DNA of 63,092 bases, counting the filler, from Atractiella rhizophila (Eukaryota), in NCBI GenBank assembly GCA_021432655.1. It is 13 parts of 12 records of this genome, joined end to end, with 100 filler letters (N's around TTAATTAATTAA, not from the genome) between each part and the next. Parts side by side here need not be neighbours in the genome. Positions count along the whole stretch, not along the records: positions 48,327 to 53,992 come from MU272357.1; positions 54,093 to 59,727 come from MU272358.1; positions 59,828 to 61,376 come from MU272376.1; positions 61,477 to 63,092 come from MU272376.1; 9 more parts are not named here. The stretch is one strand, 5' to 3'. Shown piece after piece: positions 50,867 through 63,092 of the stretch. The stretch's first letter is position 1. Each line of letters begins with the position of its first letter. The notes beneath the pieces are model-generated. The model was not told the origin of the DNA, made no database searches, and saw only the letters and a program-made list of their open reading frames with translations. A program made the translations under genes and the position numbers.

Positions 50867-52420
50867 ACGCGCATGACTAGCCTAACTCGGGTCCCTGTTC
50901 CCGGGCGGTCAAGCTCAGCTTGTGTTTTGCTTATCTCAAGGTTTCCCTAGGTTTTCTACGTCCCGCTAGCTGGCGCTGCGATTACCTTTTCTTCACTAAC
51001 CGCCTCACCTCTCGTTCCTAGTAAGTCCTCTGGAGGAGTTTGGCTGTAGTAGGGACTATTTCGTGTAGCGGGCGTACCCAAACCCTACAGACGCGCTTAC
51101 TTACAGGCTTGCCATTTGTACGCGAAAGTTAGAGGGAGGCGGACCACGTTATATTACTTGTTTACAATCAGGGCAGAACTGACCAAAACGTAACAAAGAT
51201 TCGTAGCTTGGTGAAGCCTCCTTCGGCAGCCATTACATACAAGAACCGACCAGTTAATACTGGAAACGGCTTATAGCGCTTGGTTACAAGCGACCATGTA
51301 CTACTCGCGGTGTTCCGGGTCCAGTCGTCTTTTCGATCATGGCTTTTGCTTCCGTGCTGTGTCTCTACGAGCTTACGTAGGCAGTCCCTTGTAAGGAGAT
51401 TGCTTACGGAACTTAGTCTGGTGAAGTTGAAGGGAGCCGAAACCTTGTGTCACACGGACACTAGGGCGTGGACTGTTCGCAAAGTTCAAGCGCTTCGTGT
51501 TACTCCTCGCATTTTCGGCAAGAGGTCGGGGCTAACTTAACAAGTAATAGTTGTAACCGCTTTATCGTTCCGCATGAATTAATCGTAGCAGGCTGACGCG
51601 TTGTCCCAAACGGCACGCGCCCGTTCATTAGGGGACTCGGATTCAAACAGCACTACTGTATAATATAGCTTAATAGAGTAACTCTCCGCGCGCACTTCAC
51701 ACTTCGGCTCTGGTAGTGCAACGGCAAAATCGCTTCGTTATTCGTTGCTGTTCTCTTATTCCTGGAGAGGCCGATCGCCTTCTTGAACCCCTCCACCCTC
51801 CGTAGGTTAGTGCGGTCAATTTTAGAGCCCACCAAGTCACCAAGTCGCCTTGTATTACGCTTCTATCTTTACAGAAAGGAGGGACTCGACGTTTACGTCC
51901 GTCGACTTCGCCCTTCTTACTAAACTACTTGTGTAAATCCATTGCAAAGTATAAAAGCAGACCGAGGTGGCCGTGTTCCTTACCACTCTCCTCCGTGTGG
52001 AAAGTATACCCTATGGTGTTAATCGAGAGTACGGAAGAAATAGGAAGGACAGTGAAGAGATGGTAGGGAGGTCGGAGAGTTAAGTGGAGTCTTGAGTTGA
52101 CGAGGAGTGGGGGTGAGACCAAACGAACTTAGTTCTAGTAAGCGACGGGCCCCGATGCACAGACGGTAGGGGAGGAGGGTACTCGTTTGAGGTTCAGGAG
52201 GCCGCTTATTGACTGTACTCTTTGATTACTCGCTGGACAGATCGAGCGAACCATAAATGAAGGTGCTTAACCATCTCGTGCTACTTCTAGTGTCGCTTCT
52301 TAGGCTCTCGTAAGCGCTACAACCAGTCTCAAGACAGGCTTTCATAAAAGAGCAGGTCGTGGCTCTGCTTTTCCTCTTACTCCCTACTACTCTTTTTCCC
52401 TTCTACTTTCACTGTCTTTA
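50867..52420. other. Segment reversed but not complemented
   Basis: TA/AT bias is inverted (hand count over 51001-51240: 20 TA vs 8 AT). Reading backwards gives a recognisable gene and intron-like signals. Confidence 0.85.
52224..52346. other. OST4: OST4-like oligosaccharyltransferase subunit exon, legible only when the + strand is read backwards (52346->52224, no complementation)
   Basis: Backwards codons give ILSDRTLTNIANALGFFAVIFIVLYQFVEVNTKRARQVAH*, matching the OST4 pattern (I.D..L...AN.LG.....L(I/V)VLYH(F/Y)V.VN). Confidence 0.8.
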
Positions 52421-52426
52421 GCCATA

Positions 52427-53992
52427 ATGAAGACCTGTGCAACATTTCTTGCGCTTGCTCTCCCATTCGCAGCGCATGCGGCCTTGAGCGATGCGGGTTC
52501 GTATTTTGCCTTTCGAGTATAACGTCGACCCATGGATATTGTCCAGATGTCGCCTCCGTCTTCCCTAATTCACGAAACGACCTCACGTCGTTAACCAGCG
52601 CAACTGTTCGATTTAGGCAGTACACTGCTTCCTTTGTAGCAAACACGTCGCACGTTCTTAGTGAGCAGTTTCATTTAATCATTACTGAGATCCTGAACTG
52701 AACTGAATGGCGTTCAGTCACCCTGAATAAGACGGACGCGACGAGGGATCGAGTAGGATGGATGGGTCATGGCATCGGTGCGTCTTAGACGATTCCGCGT
52801 GAAAACCCCATTTCTGATGTGGAGACAGGAACTGGAATGAGCAATGGAGATTTGTATGCTATTTGGCCCAATGATGACGACACCTGGACGATTTCACATC
52901 GTCAACCAGCCCAACACGTCCTTCCATCTGTAATAACTTCTTCCGTGGGCTTGTACAGCGTGGTCCCTTCGCTGTCGACCAATTCAACCTCTGGGACTTC
53001 TTGGACCGCCGTCTCTTTCATTCGTCCCCTTTCTTTCGCAAATGTCGCAAGCTACGGTACAACTTCCCAGCACGTTACGATTGCGAGAGAGGCTGGTCAG
53101 AATCTTCTCTACACGTATGGATCACAGAATCCTGGGTCAAGCGGAGATCTCGTTGAACACGTCGATCAAGGAACGGCATCAGCTGATTTGTCCAAGGCCT
53201 ATGTCCCTGAATCCTCTGGAAACGGAAGTGGAGGTGGATCTGGTGGATCCGGCGGTTCTGGAGGATCTGGAGGGTCTGGCAATGGCGGTGGCAGTAACGA
53301 ACCTCAAGTTGTCACAGCTGGCTGGACTCGCCACAACAAGCTGATAGTATCTCATGGTCCGTCGCTTCTTTCCCTGTAGAGATTTCCCTCGAACTCACAA
53401 CTGGCCCAGCTGTTTTTGGAGGCGTGGCTTTCATGATAATCTCTCCAGCAGCCATTCTGTTTGGACGATACTTCAGGTCTCATAAGTGGCTGCCCATCCA
53501 TCGAGCCCTTCAGATCCTTACAGCCATTTTCGTAATCATTGCTTTTGCGTTAGCCGAAGTAGCTACTGGTTCTGATAAGAAACATACACATCACGTGAGT
53601 TTGCATCGCCTCACCACTCAATATTAGAACTAAGACTCTGAGCAGAAAATTGGTTATGCCATTTTCGTCATTACGCTGTTGCAAGGCATCATCGGTCTAG
53701 TTGCGCACCACATCAAATCACCGCCTGGTTCGAATCGCAGTCCCCTTCGTTGGGTGCATGTCTTCGTTGGTATCGTTCTGACCGGCTTAGGTTATTCTCA
53801 AGTGCGAACTGGAATGGAGGAATGGGAGAATGAGGGCTCAGAAGGCATGACAGCTCCGAAAGGTGTTGAAATCGTCTTCTATGTTCTTTTGGGTGTTGAG
53901 GTAGCTGCTTATCTCATCGGCATCTTTCTCTCCCCTCGAACTTTCCTTGGGAGAGCACCAAGGACTGTTGAGCAGAAGCATGAGATGGAGCA
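52427..53992 (+). CDS. Signal peptide + CDH-type cytochrome/DOMON domain + G/S linker + cytochrome b561 ferric-reductase-like domain, 3' truncated
   Basis: MKTCATFLALAL; VGWMGHGI|GTGMSNGDLYAIWPN..TISHR; LIVSH..ISPAAILFGRY..WLPIH; HTHH; RWVHVFVG. Confidence 0.88.
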
Positions 53993-54092
53993 NNNNNNNN
54001 NNNNNNNNNNNNNNNNNNNNNNNNNNNNNNNNNNNNTTAATTAATTAANNNNNNNNNNNNNNNNNNNNNNNNNNNNNNNNNNNNNNNNNNNN

Positions 54093-54719
54093 ACCGACAT
54101 TCCTCCTCCTGTTTCGACGGTTATTACCCCTGTGACGCCAAGCTCGAGTGGTGGAGGAACAAATGGGAATGGCGGAGGAAACCATCAGGAGGTGCATCAA
54201 GCTGCAATGGTCATGAATCAATGGCAATATAGTACGGCGGGACCTTCGAGTTCAGCCATGCGAGGGGAAGGGGGAGGAGAAGGCGGGGGTCATTTCAACG
54301 CTTCATACGCCGGGCCTTCCAGTTCCACACGTTCAGAAGCAGCCCACCCCCGTCATCATACCGCCTACTATCCTCCTGACGCCGCCGGCCCGAGCCATCC
54401 TCAACCTCTTCACCATCAACCGAAACAACAATATCTCCCCGAATTTGCAGAGCTGCGCACCCTTTACTCCCCATCCTCCGTTCGCGATGATCCTCCTCTC
54501 GACCCTTTCATCGTCCAGCAAGCCTACGATGCCGTCCGCCCACAAGCTACGACACAAAAACCGGTTCATTCCACTGATTTACCAGTGTTGAAACAAGAAA
54601 CGGACACGTCAATGAACGGCCTCCCTCCTAACGCTGCGGCGAACAGAGAGAGGGATTCGGATGACGAGGATATTTCGGTGGATCAACACCTCCAATCCAA
54701 TGACGAACCTTCCAATTAA
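54093..54719 (+). CDS. Low-complexity hypothetical protein fragment (5' truncated)
   Basis: About 200-codon open frame rich in G/S/P/H/Q. No domain recognised. Confidence 0.4.
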   Translation, partial: TDIPPPVSTVITPVTPSSSGGGTNGNGGGNHQEVHQAAMVMNQWQYSTAGPSSSAMRGEGGGEGGGHFNASYAGPSSSTRSEAAHPRHHTAYYPPDAAGPSHPQPLHHQPKQQYLPEFAELRTLYSPSSVRDDPPLDPFIVQQAYDAVRPQATTQKPVHSTDLPVLKQETDTSMNGLPPNAAANRERDSDDEDISVDQHLQSNDEPSN

Positions 54720-55303
54720 CCCATCTGTGTCGAATATAACGAACCGACTAGCAACTGATTCATGCCTCACAATCTCTTCCCATTCTTGTTCGGCGTCTCC
54801 TTCGATTTTTTTTGCTTTTCTGCAGGATGGGGATTGTCATGACTTGTGACGGTTTGTCTTCTCCCCGCATTGCAAATTTACATATTGATAATACGACTAG
54901 ATGCTTCAAATGTGATATACCGGAACCTCAGTCAGCACTCTCCCCTCCCTCCCGCTGTTTGCGGAGCCTCCACCTCTTCTTTCAGTCCTTATCAGTGTTC
55001 GCGCTTTCTCTTCCTACGTGATATTCTTTCCTGCGTTTCTCACACGCTACCTGTCTTTGTATCTGATTATGTCGAAAGACCACTCCCATACTTCTCAATC
55101 TTTTCAGTTCAAGAAATTACCGAAGGCGCCGTTGTCAGCCAGATATTTGCTTTTATCGTCTGTGAAAAAGGACTCATTGACATTGTTCCAACATTTCAGA
55201 ATCAACTGGGTGCGGCGGAATAAACAAGTTTGATTGAGCATTGCCTCAGTATAACTGTCGGGGCAGCAAATCAAAGCTCCACCCTCGCAAATGACTTCTG
55301 GTT

Positions 55304-56233
55304 CTAAATTTCCCCATGAGTAAGAGATCGTACTAGCGAAGGAGACTTGAAGCGACGCACTATCTCATCCCATTTGGTCGCCAGTTTATGTATCTCAGGC
55401 ACCTCGATTCCCTCTCCCTCCGCTTCCCACTGCCCAGAGTAGGCGGCCATCAACAATCCCTTTGCGAGGACATCCGCCCTTATCTCGAAATCACTAATGA
55501 AAGGCTTCGCAAGAGTCGTCACCGTCTTTTTCAGCTTTTCAGTAAGGGTGTAACTGGAGAATGGGAGGTAGGGAAAGATGGTTGGTGGACGAAAGGGGAA
55601 GATGGAGAGTCCTGTGGAGCTGATGGCATGGAGAGATTTCTCCGTGCGGCCCTGGATGAGCTGGTTGTTAGCCCATCCAATGGTTGGACTAAGGGGAAAA
55701 GAAAATGCAGACTTTGATCTTCTCATACTTTATGCGTGTATTTTCGTCCGGCTTCGCCCCTTGAGCGCTCACAAAGACAAAGTTGAACTTCTGAGCACGG
55801 TTCTCCGCCAGACTCGAAAAGTATCTCGCAGCCTCGACAGCGTAATCGTGTGTCGCTGTGACATATTCTTCATTCGATATACCATTGCTTGAGGGTCCAA
55901 GTGCCCAGATACAGGCGTCGTGGTCCTGGAGCGCGGGATTAAGCGAAGGCGGATATGTGAGAAAGTCAGAGTGCAGGATGACCTAATTCCTTTCTCAGCC
56001 AGGTGCCAACGAGAAGGTGTGACAAATGTTTACGTTCAGCTTTGGAGAAGAAACTTCGACGGCTCGCAGACCATCGATTGGTCGCCTGGATAGTACGGTG
56101 ACTTGAGTGACCAGACTAGAGAGTAGAGCTTGTCGCAACACCTCCGACTGGTCAGGTCTGGTAAGAAGGGAGAATTGGACGTATCTACCTCACTTCCAGT
56201 GAGCCCAGTAGCTCCAGTTATGATGAGCTTCAT
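55304..56233 (-). CDS. Atypical SDR / NAD(P)-binding Rossmann protein, multi-exon (3' end approximate)
   Basis: MKLIITGATGLTGSE|VLRQAL..VTVLSRRP; HSDFLTYP; HDACIWALG; FVFVSAQGA; GRTEKSL. Confidence 0.85.
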
Positions 56234-57644
56234 GATTCTCAAGATATTTTGTCTCCGAGTCCTCAGAGCAGGGTCGTTCAGATGTGGAGCCTTATAATGG
56301 GACCAACAGCAGGAATCGGCATCTTCTAAGACCTCGGTCACTCATCTCATCAATTGTTCAATAAGGTATGTGATTTCAGCAGAATAGCCAGAGTGCATGT
56401 TGTCATCCTGACCTTTTGCGAGACATGGAGCCAGAAAGAGACGAGCGAAGGGAAAAATGTTCTCACGCCTTGGTGGTTTTGGTTGACCGGCACCAACAAT
56501 GCGCGGACGATGTTGAACGCGACCGTATTACTGTAACTCTTACAAAAAGAGCACTCGATCAGTGAATCCTGAAAGCTATCCATGATGGCTTCTCTGACGC
56601 GGAGCCCATACTACGGCCGTACAATAAACACCCATCCTTTCAATCCGAAGTCAAAACCAATCAAAACAATCTCAATCGCTATCTGAATATCTGTACAACA
56701 ACCAACTTGAAGGCACAGTCTATGCAGCAACTGTTTTACGAACAGAGGGAGTTGACTTGAACTTGAAGACACTGGGCAGAGCATCGCGCTCTGACACAGA
56801 GCAGACCAAATTGTTTTAGCACGATCTGAATCCAGGCAACTTTGCTTTGGCATTATGATCTGAGGAGCGTCAACTCATCCTCATCCTAATCCAAAACCTT
56901 TGCAAGTTGGTTGTGCAGCTCCTTGCCATTCATTGGCGTTCGAACAAACTGCCGGGCGGCAGAAATTTTGTTGCACCAACCGAGAACCGCGAACAACGAG
57001 GTGAATATGTAACGATGTAGCGCATAGCGTTACACCAAAGCAGGAAGACAGAGGAACCCACAGGATTTAGTCTCTGGTGAGTTTTCGTCAGACTGAAAGA
57101 GTTGGGGATTTCTGTGGAGATCGAACAATGAGGGAAAGGAGGTGTAGAGAGAAGAGATGATTATACCTATAGAACCGCTATTCCGAGCTTTACAGCAACT
57201 GCTGTATGTAGCAAGGCGGATAGAAAGCCGCACCGTATATGATACGGTGCATGATCTTCTGTTTTCGCTTTTTCTTCCCGTTGAGAACTTGATCTGAAGA
57301 AGTGCTGACTTTGACCTTAGGATACTGCCTTTCTGGTCAACCGTTGACTGAGGTCGAATGCTCGGATTCTAAGGCCGGTGACGGTGTGGTGACGTTCATA
57401 AGCAATGCAGTGGTGACAGGATAAATCCCAAAGTTGTGAGTTTTGTCTCGTAGGACTTTCGGAAAGTTAGGAGGACAAATGGACGAGTGAGAAGATAGTT
57501 TGGAGGGTTTGACTGGATGTAGGAGAGAGGCACAGTATTGCATTATTTGGCGCTCTTTCAGGGCAAATATGCAAAGGTATCACCTGCATAACCTGATTCC
57601 TACATAACACCTGACAGTACCGTGAGCTGTGAGCTGTAAGCAAG

Positions 57645-59727
57645 ATGTCGCTCAACTTGTGCGTGCTCGAGGGCTACCTGGACTCGCTCTGCGACTCGCT
57701 CCTGGACACCATCGACAGGCTGTCGCTGCCGCACGTGCTGGAGATCCCGACCGCGGGTCTGATCCGCGTAATCCCCGGCGAGACAGTCGCATCTCCCTCC
57801 CAACACTCGCCCTCCCTCGCCCCTGCCCCTCAGCCTGAAACGACCACGTCTGCCCCGCCACCAGCCATCACTCACACTCACACTGCTACCAGCCACGCCC
57901 GCTCGTTATCGCTCCTATCCACCATATCCTCCACCATGTCACAACCCTCCCGCCCATCGACCCCGACCCTCCTCCAGCTCGTCACCTCGCCCTTCACCGC
58001 GCTCTCCCTCTCCGCCGCCGACGACTCCCATCCCAAAGGAACCGCGGCGAGCGCATCCTCCGCCGTCTCGCCCGCCACGCTCCTGCTCATAGCCAAATCA
58101 GCCTCGATCTCAGACACGCTCAAGCTCCAGTCGCTCGGTGACATCCTCCGCCGCTCCGCCTCCACCGGCAACGCATCCATCGTCGAGGTCCTCGTCTCCA
58201 CCCGGCCGGGGGGGTCGAGGAGGAACTCGAGGTACACGTCTATGAACCCTGCGAGTAGACCGCCCACGCCTGGGTACGAGGGGTATGAGGTCGTGAGAGA
58301 CTATTTGGATGTGAGAGAGGAAAAGGACCCCGAGACGGGATCCACACCGTTGATTTTGGCGACCGCTTTTGGACAGGGCGACTGTGTGAGAGTGCTGGTG
58401 GAGAGCGGGGCGGATGTTGGAGGCAGAGATGCTGGTGAGTTCATCTGTTTCTGATTTGGTCTACTTTTGGTCTACTTGTGTTGGTTCGCTGTGTGTGCGA
58501 TATGCTCCTGCTTTCGTAGAGTTACCTTTTGCGGTTTTGGGAAATGGTTGAAAGATCGGCAATATGCATAACGCTACACATTGCTCTGACTGCGTCATCC
58601 TCATACTTCTCGACAGCTGTTGCTTTGTCTTTGCTAACAGAAGACCATGTCATGCAATCTTGCTGCTGTAGCTTTAGTCCATGAATGACGATCAGTGGAT
58701 CGTAGGGACGAAGTACAGCAAGTTTCGCAGTTGGTCGCTTGTCTAATAGACAGGAAGAGCTGATGACGAAAGGTGAAAGAGGTGGTGCTCTTTACGCTTA
58801 CAGTAGCGTTTCGATGATTATCTAACACACATTTCTTATTTTGTCGAAGAAGGAGGTCATGTCCAAATTGAGTAAGAGATGAATGAAACAGCGAGTGGTT
58901 CCTTCATTCGATCATATCAACATCAATAACGTTGGCCATTCTGGGCGTGCTGCATTTCTCCATTTCTGTTAAGAGGTGGGTAAGTAAAAATGGGCTGTGA
59001 CGGATGTTCACGTTGTAGATTCCTGAATGTGCGCCTGCTGCTCTACGCATGAACTACATGGGAACAGAGTGAACCTCCGCTTTGTGTAACTCGCACCGTT
59101 TTGATACCCTCAAGAAGGAGTGGCTGAATAAAGCAGGGTTCTTAGTTCCAACAAGCGGATGCTGTCGTTTTTCTTCCCAACCTTGCCCTGATGACTATTT
59201 TTGAGACTGTTGCAACACTGAGCACTTCTTGTTTGCGATATGAAGCCGTCATTGATATTCATGCTGATCAAAGACTTGGAGAGCAGCTGGATGGACTGCA
59301 CTTCATTGGGCAGTACAAACAAACAACCTGCCGCTCGCTTCCTACCTCCTAAACCATCGTGCCGATCCCACCGTGCGATCCATCAAAGGACTCACTCCGT
59401 TCGACGTCGCACGCAAGGACGACGAGGGAGACGACATCCGAGAAGTCCTTCGAGCAGCGGAAGAAGCGCGAGAGGATAACGCGGAGCGCGAGGAGGACGA
59501 AAGGTCCGTATCTGGCGAAGGATCGGTGGACGGGAAGACGAAATCCGGCGATTCGATGTCCATCCGATCGTCGCGTTCCTCCGTCAGCCTCCTGTACAGT
59601 GGGACGAGGAGGGCGGAGGAGGAGGCGAAGGAGAAGCAGCGGGAGAAGCAGCGCCGGCTGGAGATGGCGGAGGAAAGCGCGCGATGGTTGGGTGTCGATC
59701 TCGGCGTGTTGACGATGAGCGGCGGAG
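57645..59727 (+). CDS. Ankyrin-repeat protein, 5' part (3' truncated)
   Basis: GSTPLILATAFGQGDCVRVLVESGADV..DA|AGWTALHWAVQTNNLPLASYLLNHRAD..GLTPFDVA. 852-nt intron at 58435-59286. Confidence 0.88.
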
Positions 59728-59827
59728 NNNNNNNNNNNNNNNNNNNNNNNNNNNNNNNNNNNNNNNNNNNNTTAATTAATTAANNNNNNNNNNNNNNNNN
59801 NNNNNNNNNNNNNNNNNNNNNNNNNNN

Positions 59828-61376
59828 ACCATGGTCCGACAGGATAGAGTGACAAGGCACCTTTCGATGTACAACATTTGATTTTCTGCGGGCTTCGCTT
59901 TGATAAATGGGAACGAGGACGAGGACGGCGCAGGAGGGGGACGGAAAGAAAGGGCAAGGTATAGGGTGAGAGTTTCGGATGTACGGCCAAGCAGTGGGGG
60001 CGATGGTTGAGAAAGCTTTTTCGGACTCGTTAATCTTGGTTTGGAATAGAGAAAGAGAAAGGGGCGAACTTCAGTACGTAGTATTCCTAATGGCCGCGAA
60101 AGCTTGCTGCTTCTCAGATCATACTCTTTCTCCCACGTTCTCCATTCCCCGCCATGACGAAACACAGATTTGAGCATTGTATTCGTCCTCAGCATTAGCT
60201 TTCCGCCGATTCCTACATCCAATGTCAATCATTATGTCTGTAACAAGACCAAAAGTTCGAAAGGAACGACGTACCTTCGTTCTCTATCCTCCTCCCAAAC
60301 TGCACAAAATCCTGTTCCTGCTCTCCATCATCCAGCGTAGGATACAAAGGCATAACATCTCTGTTCCTCGGCTCTAACATCCCAACATCGACCAATCGTA
60401 TCAGTTTCATCAACCCCGCAGAAAAATGGATGAACATACCGCACTCAAAAACAGTTCTGCAGACTACCGTCCTCCTCGTACTCCTCAAACAACCATGTTC
60501 ATCCCTCTCCTCCCTCGTGTTCGCAGACTCGTCAAAACCAGGCAACCTCTCTTCTTCCTCCGAATCTTCTTCCCCTCCCGAAGATAATAGGGAAGAAGGG
60601 GAAGCGGGAGAGTCGGGAGAAGCAGACGGATTGGATGTATGATTCGATGTGCCCAAGTCCAAGACGGCTTCGACGATGTATTCGACTAAGGCGTCGTCTC
60701 CTCCTTTGAAAGAAGGAGGAGGGGAGCGCCATCCGAATAGGATATCGGGTTGCCGGATGGCTCCTGTTCCATGATATATCCAACATTGTTAACCTCCTGA
60801 TAATAAACAAAAGCTGTCGTAAAAAATCTAAGACATAAAGCAAGCTCTAGATATCCATCGGCTCAACTGGATTGAACTTGATTCTTTTCGTTAAGAAATC
60901 CCATTGAAGAGACACCGTCATCTACAACAGTGGACATCTTCATTCCATAAAAGCAGCATACAACGCGTCACGACGCGAAATCGAAAGAATCGAACAAGCA
61001 TGAACAAAGCATGAACAGAAAAGGCAAAAAGAGTCACTAGTACGCACCCTGAATTCCTCCAGCCCACTCTTCCACATGAGCTCTCCCAGGAATCTCAAAA
61101 GCGATCGGCCACTCCCTCTCGGTCTCTCCCTCCTCCAACAAAACGACCTCCTCATCACCATACGCCTGAGTGGTAGCATCGAACACCACACCATGTCTAA
61201 CGAGGTAGGAGCGAAACCAATCGTGTTTGATCGTCCTCACCGGCCGGGGTCTTGCGCGCTTGGATTTGGGGCCGGAGGGAGGTAAGGTGGTTTCCATACT
61301 TGCGTGCCGGAAGAGGGAACGGGATTCGTAGAAGACGCGGAAGGAGAGGGAGTGCGCTGTGATTCTCGGTAGTGTT
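59828..61376 (-). CDS. Internal fragment of a hypothetical protein (weak arrestin-N-like resemblance)
   Basis: Minus-strand exon-like frames (LSFRVFYESRS; REWPIAFEIP; LPSSF) with splice-like signals. Confidence 0.35.
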
Positions 61377-62817
61377 NNNNNNNNNNNNNNNNNNNNNNNN
61401 NNNNNNNNNNNNNNNNNNNNTTAATTAATTAANNNNNNNNNNNNNNNNNNNNNNNNNNNNNNNNNNNNNNNNNNNNCGTCGTTCGAGGAAGTCGGACAAT
61501 CTGAAAACGATCGAAGAATAATGCGGGCCGGCGGGAATATGTATGGGGTATTTGGGTTTCGGTGTTTTGTGAAACTTGAAGCTGTCAATATGACCATCCA
61601 TTGAGAAAGGTCTGGGAGAGGCAGGGGAGAGAGGTAATGAACCGAGTAACTAGACTGGAGCAAAGAGGGATTTCTACGGCATTGGAGTTTTCTTCCCGGA
61701 AGCGGTGCGACAGTTTCCCTGACGTTACCAGTTTATCAGTGTACAGCTTAGCGCTTCCCTCTAGGTGTGGATGCTGCTTTGATTCACTCATTTCTCGTCT
61801 TTGTCAATGCGGCGAACGCCTATGCTTGCGCTGTTGATGTACTTCGAAGTCATTGCCCGTAGCAGGACGTTTTGCTTTCCAGGAGGATAAGGATTGATCG
61901 TCGCGTGATCCTGAAGTTGATATATGATATGTTGAAGCTAAATCTTCTTCTTTCAATGTGGAAAGAATCCTTGTTCGACTGGCGCCTATGATGTCACACT
62001 TCATGTCGTTAAGACTTCCCAAGATGAATAAGGAGGAAAGAACAAGAACGCCTCCTGGAAATGCTCCTGGAGTGTCTTTGGAGTTGATGTTATGGCTATT
62101 GGATAACCAATTTGCTACTCGTCTAATCACCATCCTCCTGCCCCTATGAGATAGAAGAAGAATATAGGGGAGTGCTGACAATGATAACGTCCCTGAACGG
62201 ATAAGATTGAATGGGAGTTAAGAATCATACCTCGACGACTCATTATAAACCAAAGTCTCTCTTATCTTGAAACTTTATGATAGGCCCTATCTACCTCTTC
62301 GTAAAAAAACAAGTTCGGCTGACTTGAAGGCAAACGTGACCTTGTATCATGTCCTGTATATGAGCTCCACACTTTCGTTTGATCAAGCAAGTCCGTTTGG
62401 CCGAAGGAGGCATGGACACACGTCCCCTAGATCGGCAAGCTCCACTAATACTTGTTCCTCCTCATTTCAGACGTAGGCCTCTTATCGTCGACGACCCGAC
62501 GTTGTCGCCGACTTATGGCCGAATGTGTATGTTTTAACGCCTATGCCTGCCTGTGCCTCCTCCATTGGCATCGGCGAGGCCGCACCTCCACCGCATCTCT
62601 CTCAGAGTGAATGCACCTGCAATAGGAAGTGGAGTTGGATTCTCTAATGAAGCTGAAAGTGGAGTGCAGAAAGGGCTATAAAATCGGATGGTCCTGCCCT
62701 TGAAAGAAGCAACTCAAATACGAATCTCAGAAGACAGTCACCGAGCGTTATCGAAAAAACTCACATTTGTACGCCTCCCACTTCCCAAAAAAGAAAGCTG
62801 ACAATGATTACAAGACC

Positions 62818-63092
62818 ATGTCCCCCTCCATCACGATCAGCAACGGCTTGAAAAGCACAACTGTGGGCAAGCTAGGCTATGGTCTTATGAATTTGTGAGT
62901 TCCTCCCTCACATTTAAGCTTTACTAAACCCACGATTAGCACCTGGAAGCCTGTTACTATCTCAGACGAACGTGCCTTTCCAGCGATCAAAGCAGCAATT
63001 GATTCTGGTTCAACCTTTATCAACGCTGGCGAGTTCTACAATCGCCCCGAAGAACCGGGAGCCAATCTCAAGCTTCTCGCGCGCTTTTTCAA
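62818..63092 (+). CDS. Aldo-keto reductase, pyridoxal reductase type, 5' end
   Basis: VGKLGYGLMNL|TWKP..SDERAFPAIKAAIDSGSTFINAGEFY..NLKLLARFF; TATAAA at ~62677. Confidence 0.88.

Noticed and set aside
49996..50950. ~300-aa ORFs
   Set aside because: They consist mostly of the 784-N gap.
51076..51089. ACCCAAACCCTACA as a telomerase RNA template in a long ORF-free region
   Set aside because: It is not a proper CTAACCCTAA template, and the region is better explained as reversed sequence.
5874..61476. Regularly spaced TTAATTAATTAA palindromes (~5.8-kb period) as a biological repeat array
   Set aside because: Each is embedded in 44+44 Ns and stops all six frames. These are artificial joins between size-sorted scaffolds.
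23758..63092. Apparent oxidoreductase-rich metabolic gene cluster
   Set aside because: The genes lie on different scaffolds separated by linkers, and no backbone synthase is present.

Overview
Intron-rich fungal genomic DNA, probably a basidiomycete (inferred from gene content and short GT..AG introns). The window is not one locus. It holds 13 small scaffolds joined by artificial 100-nt linkers (44 N + TTAATTAATTAA + 44 N), so neighbourhoods across linkers mean nothing. Recognisable genes: a PTS1-bearing flavocytochrome b2, a TRP/Yvc1-like channel, DASH subunit Duo1, tRNA-Leu(AAG), a secreted BBE-like FAD oxidase, an HMG-box factor, a degenerate acyl-CoA-synthetase-like gene, an NmrA-like protein, a TPR-SET protein, isovaleryl-CoA dehydrogenase, a DAO-family oxidoreductase, an SDR, clathrin heavy chain, a DOMON/cytochrome-b561 protein, an ankyrin protein and pyridoxal reductase. 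Mobile DNA includes a Helitron Rep fragment, copia relics, and a solo LTR with a 5-bp TSD that splits an intronless kinase-like gene. The most striking observation is about 1.55 kb (50867-~52420) that is reversed but not complemented. Read backwards it has normal dinucleotide bias and encodes a clean OST4-like peptide that six-frame translation cannot see. This is most likely an in-silico artefact and needs a raw-read check.
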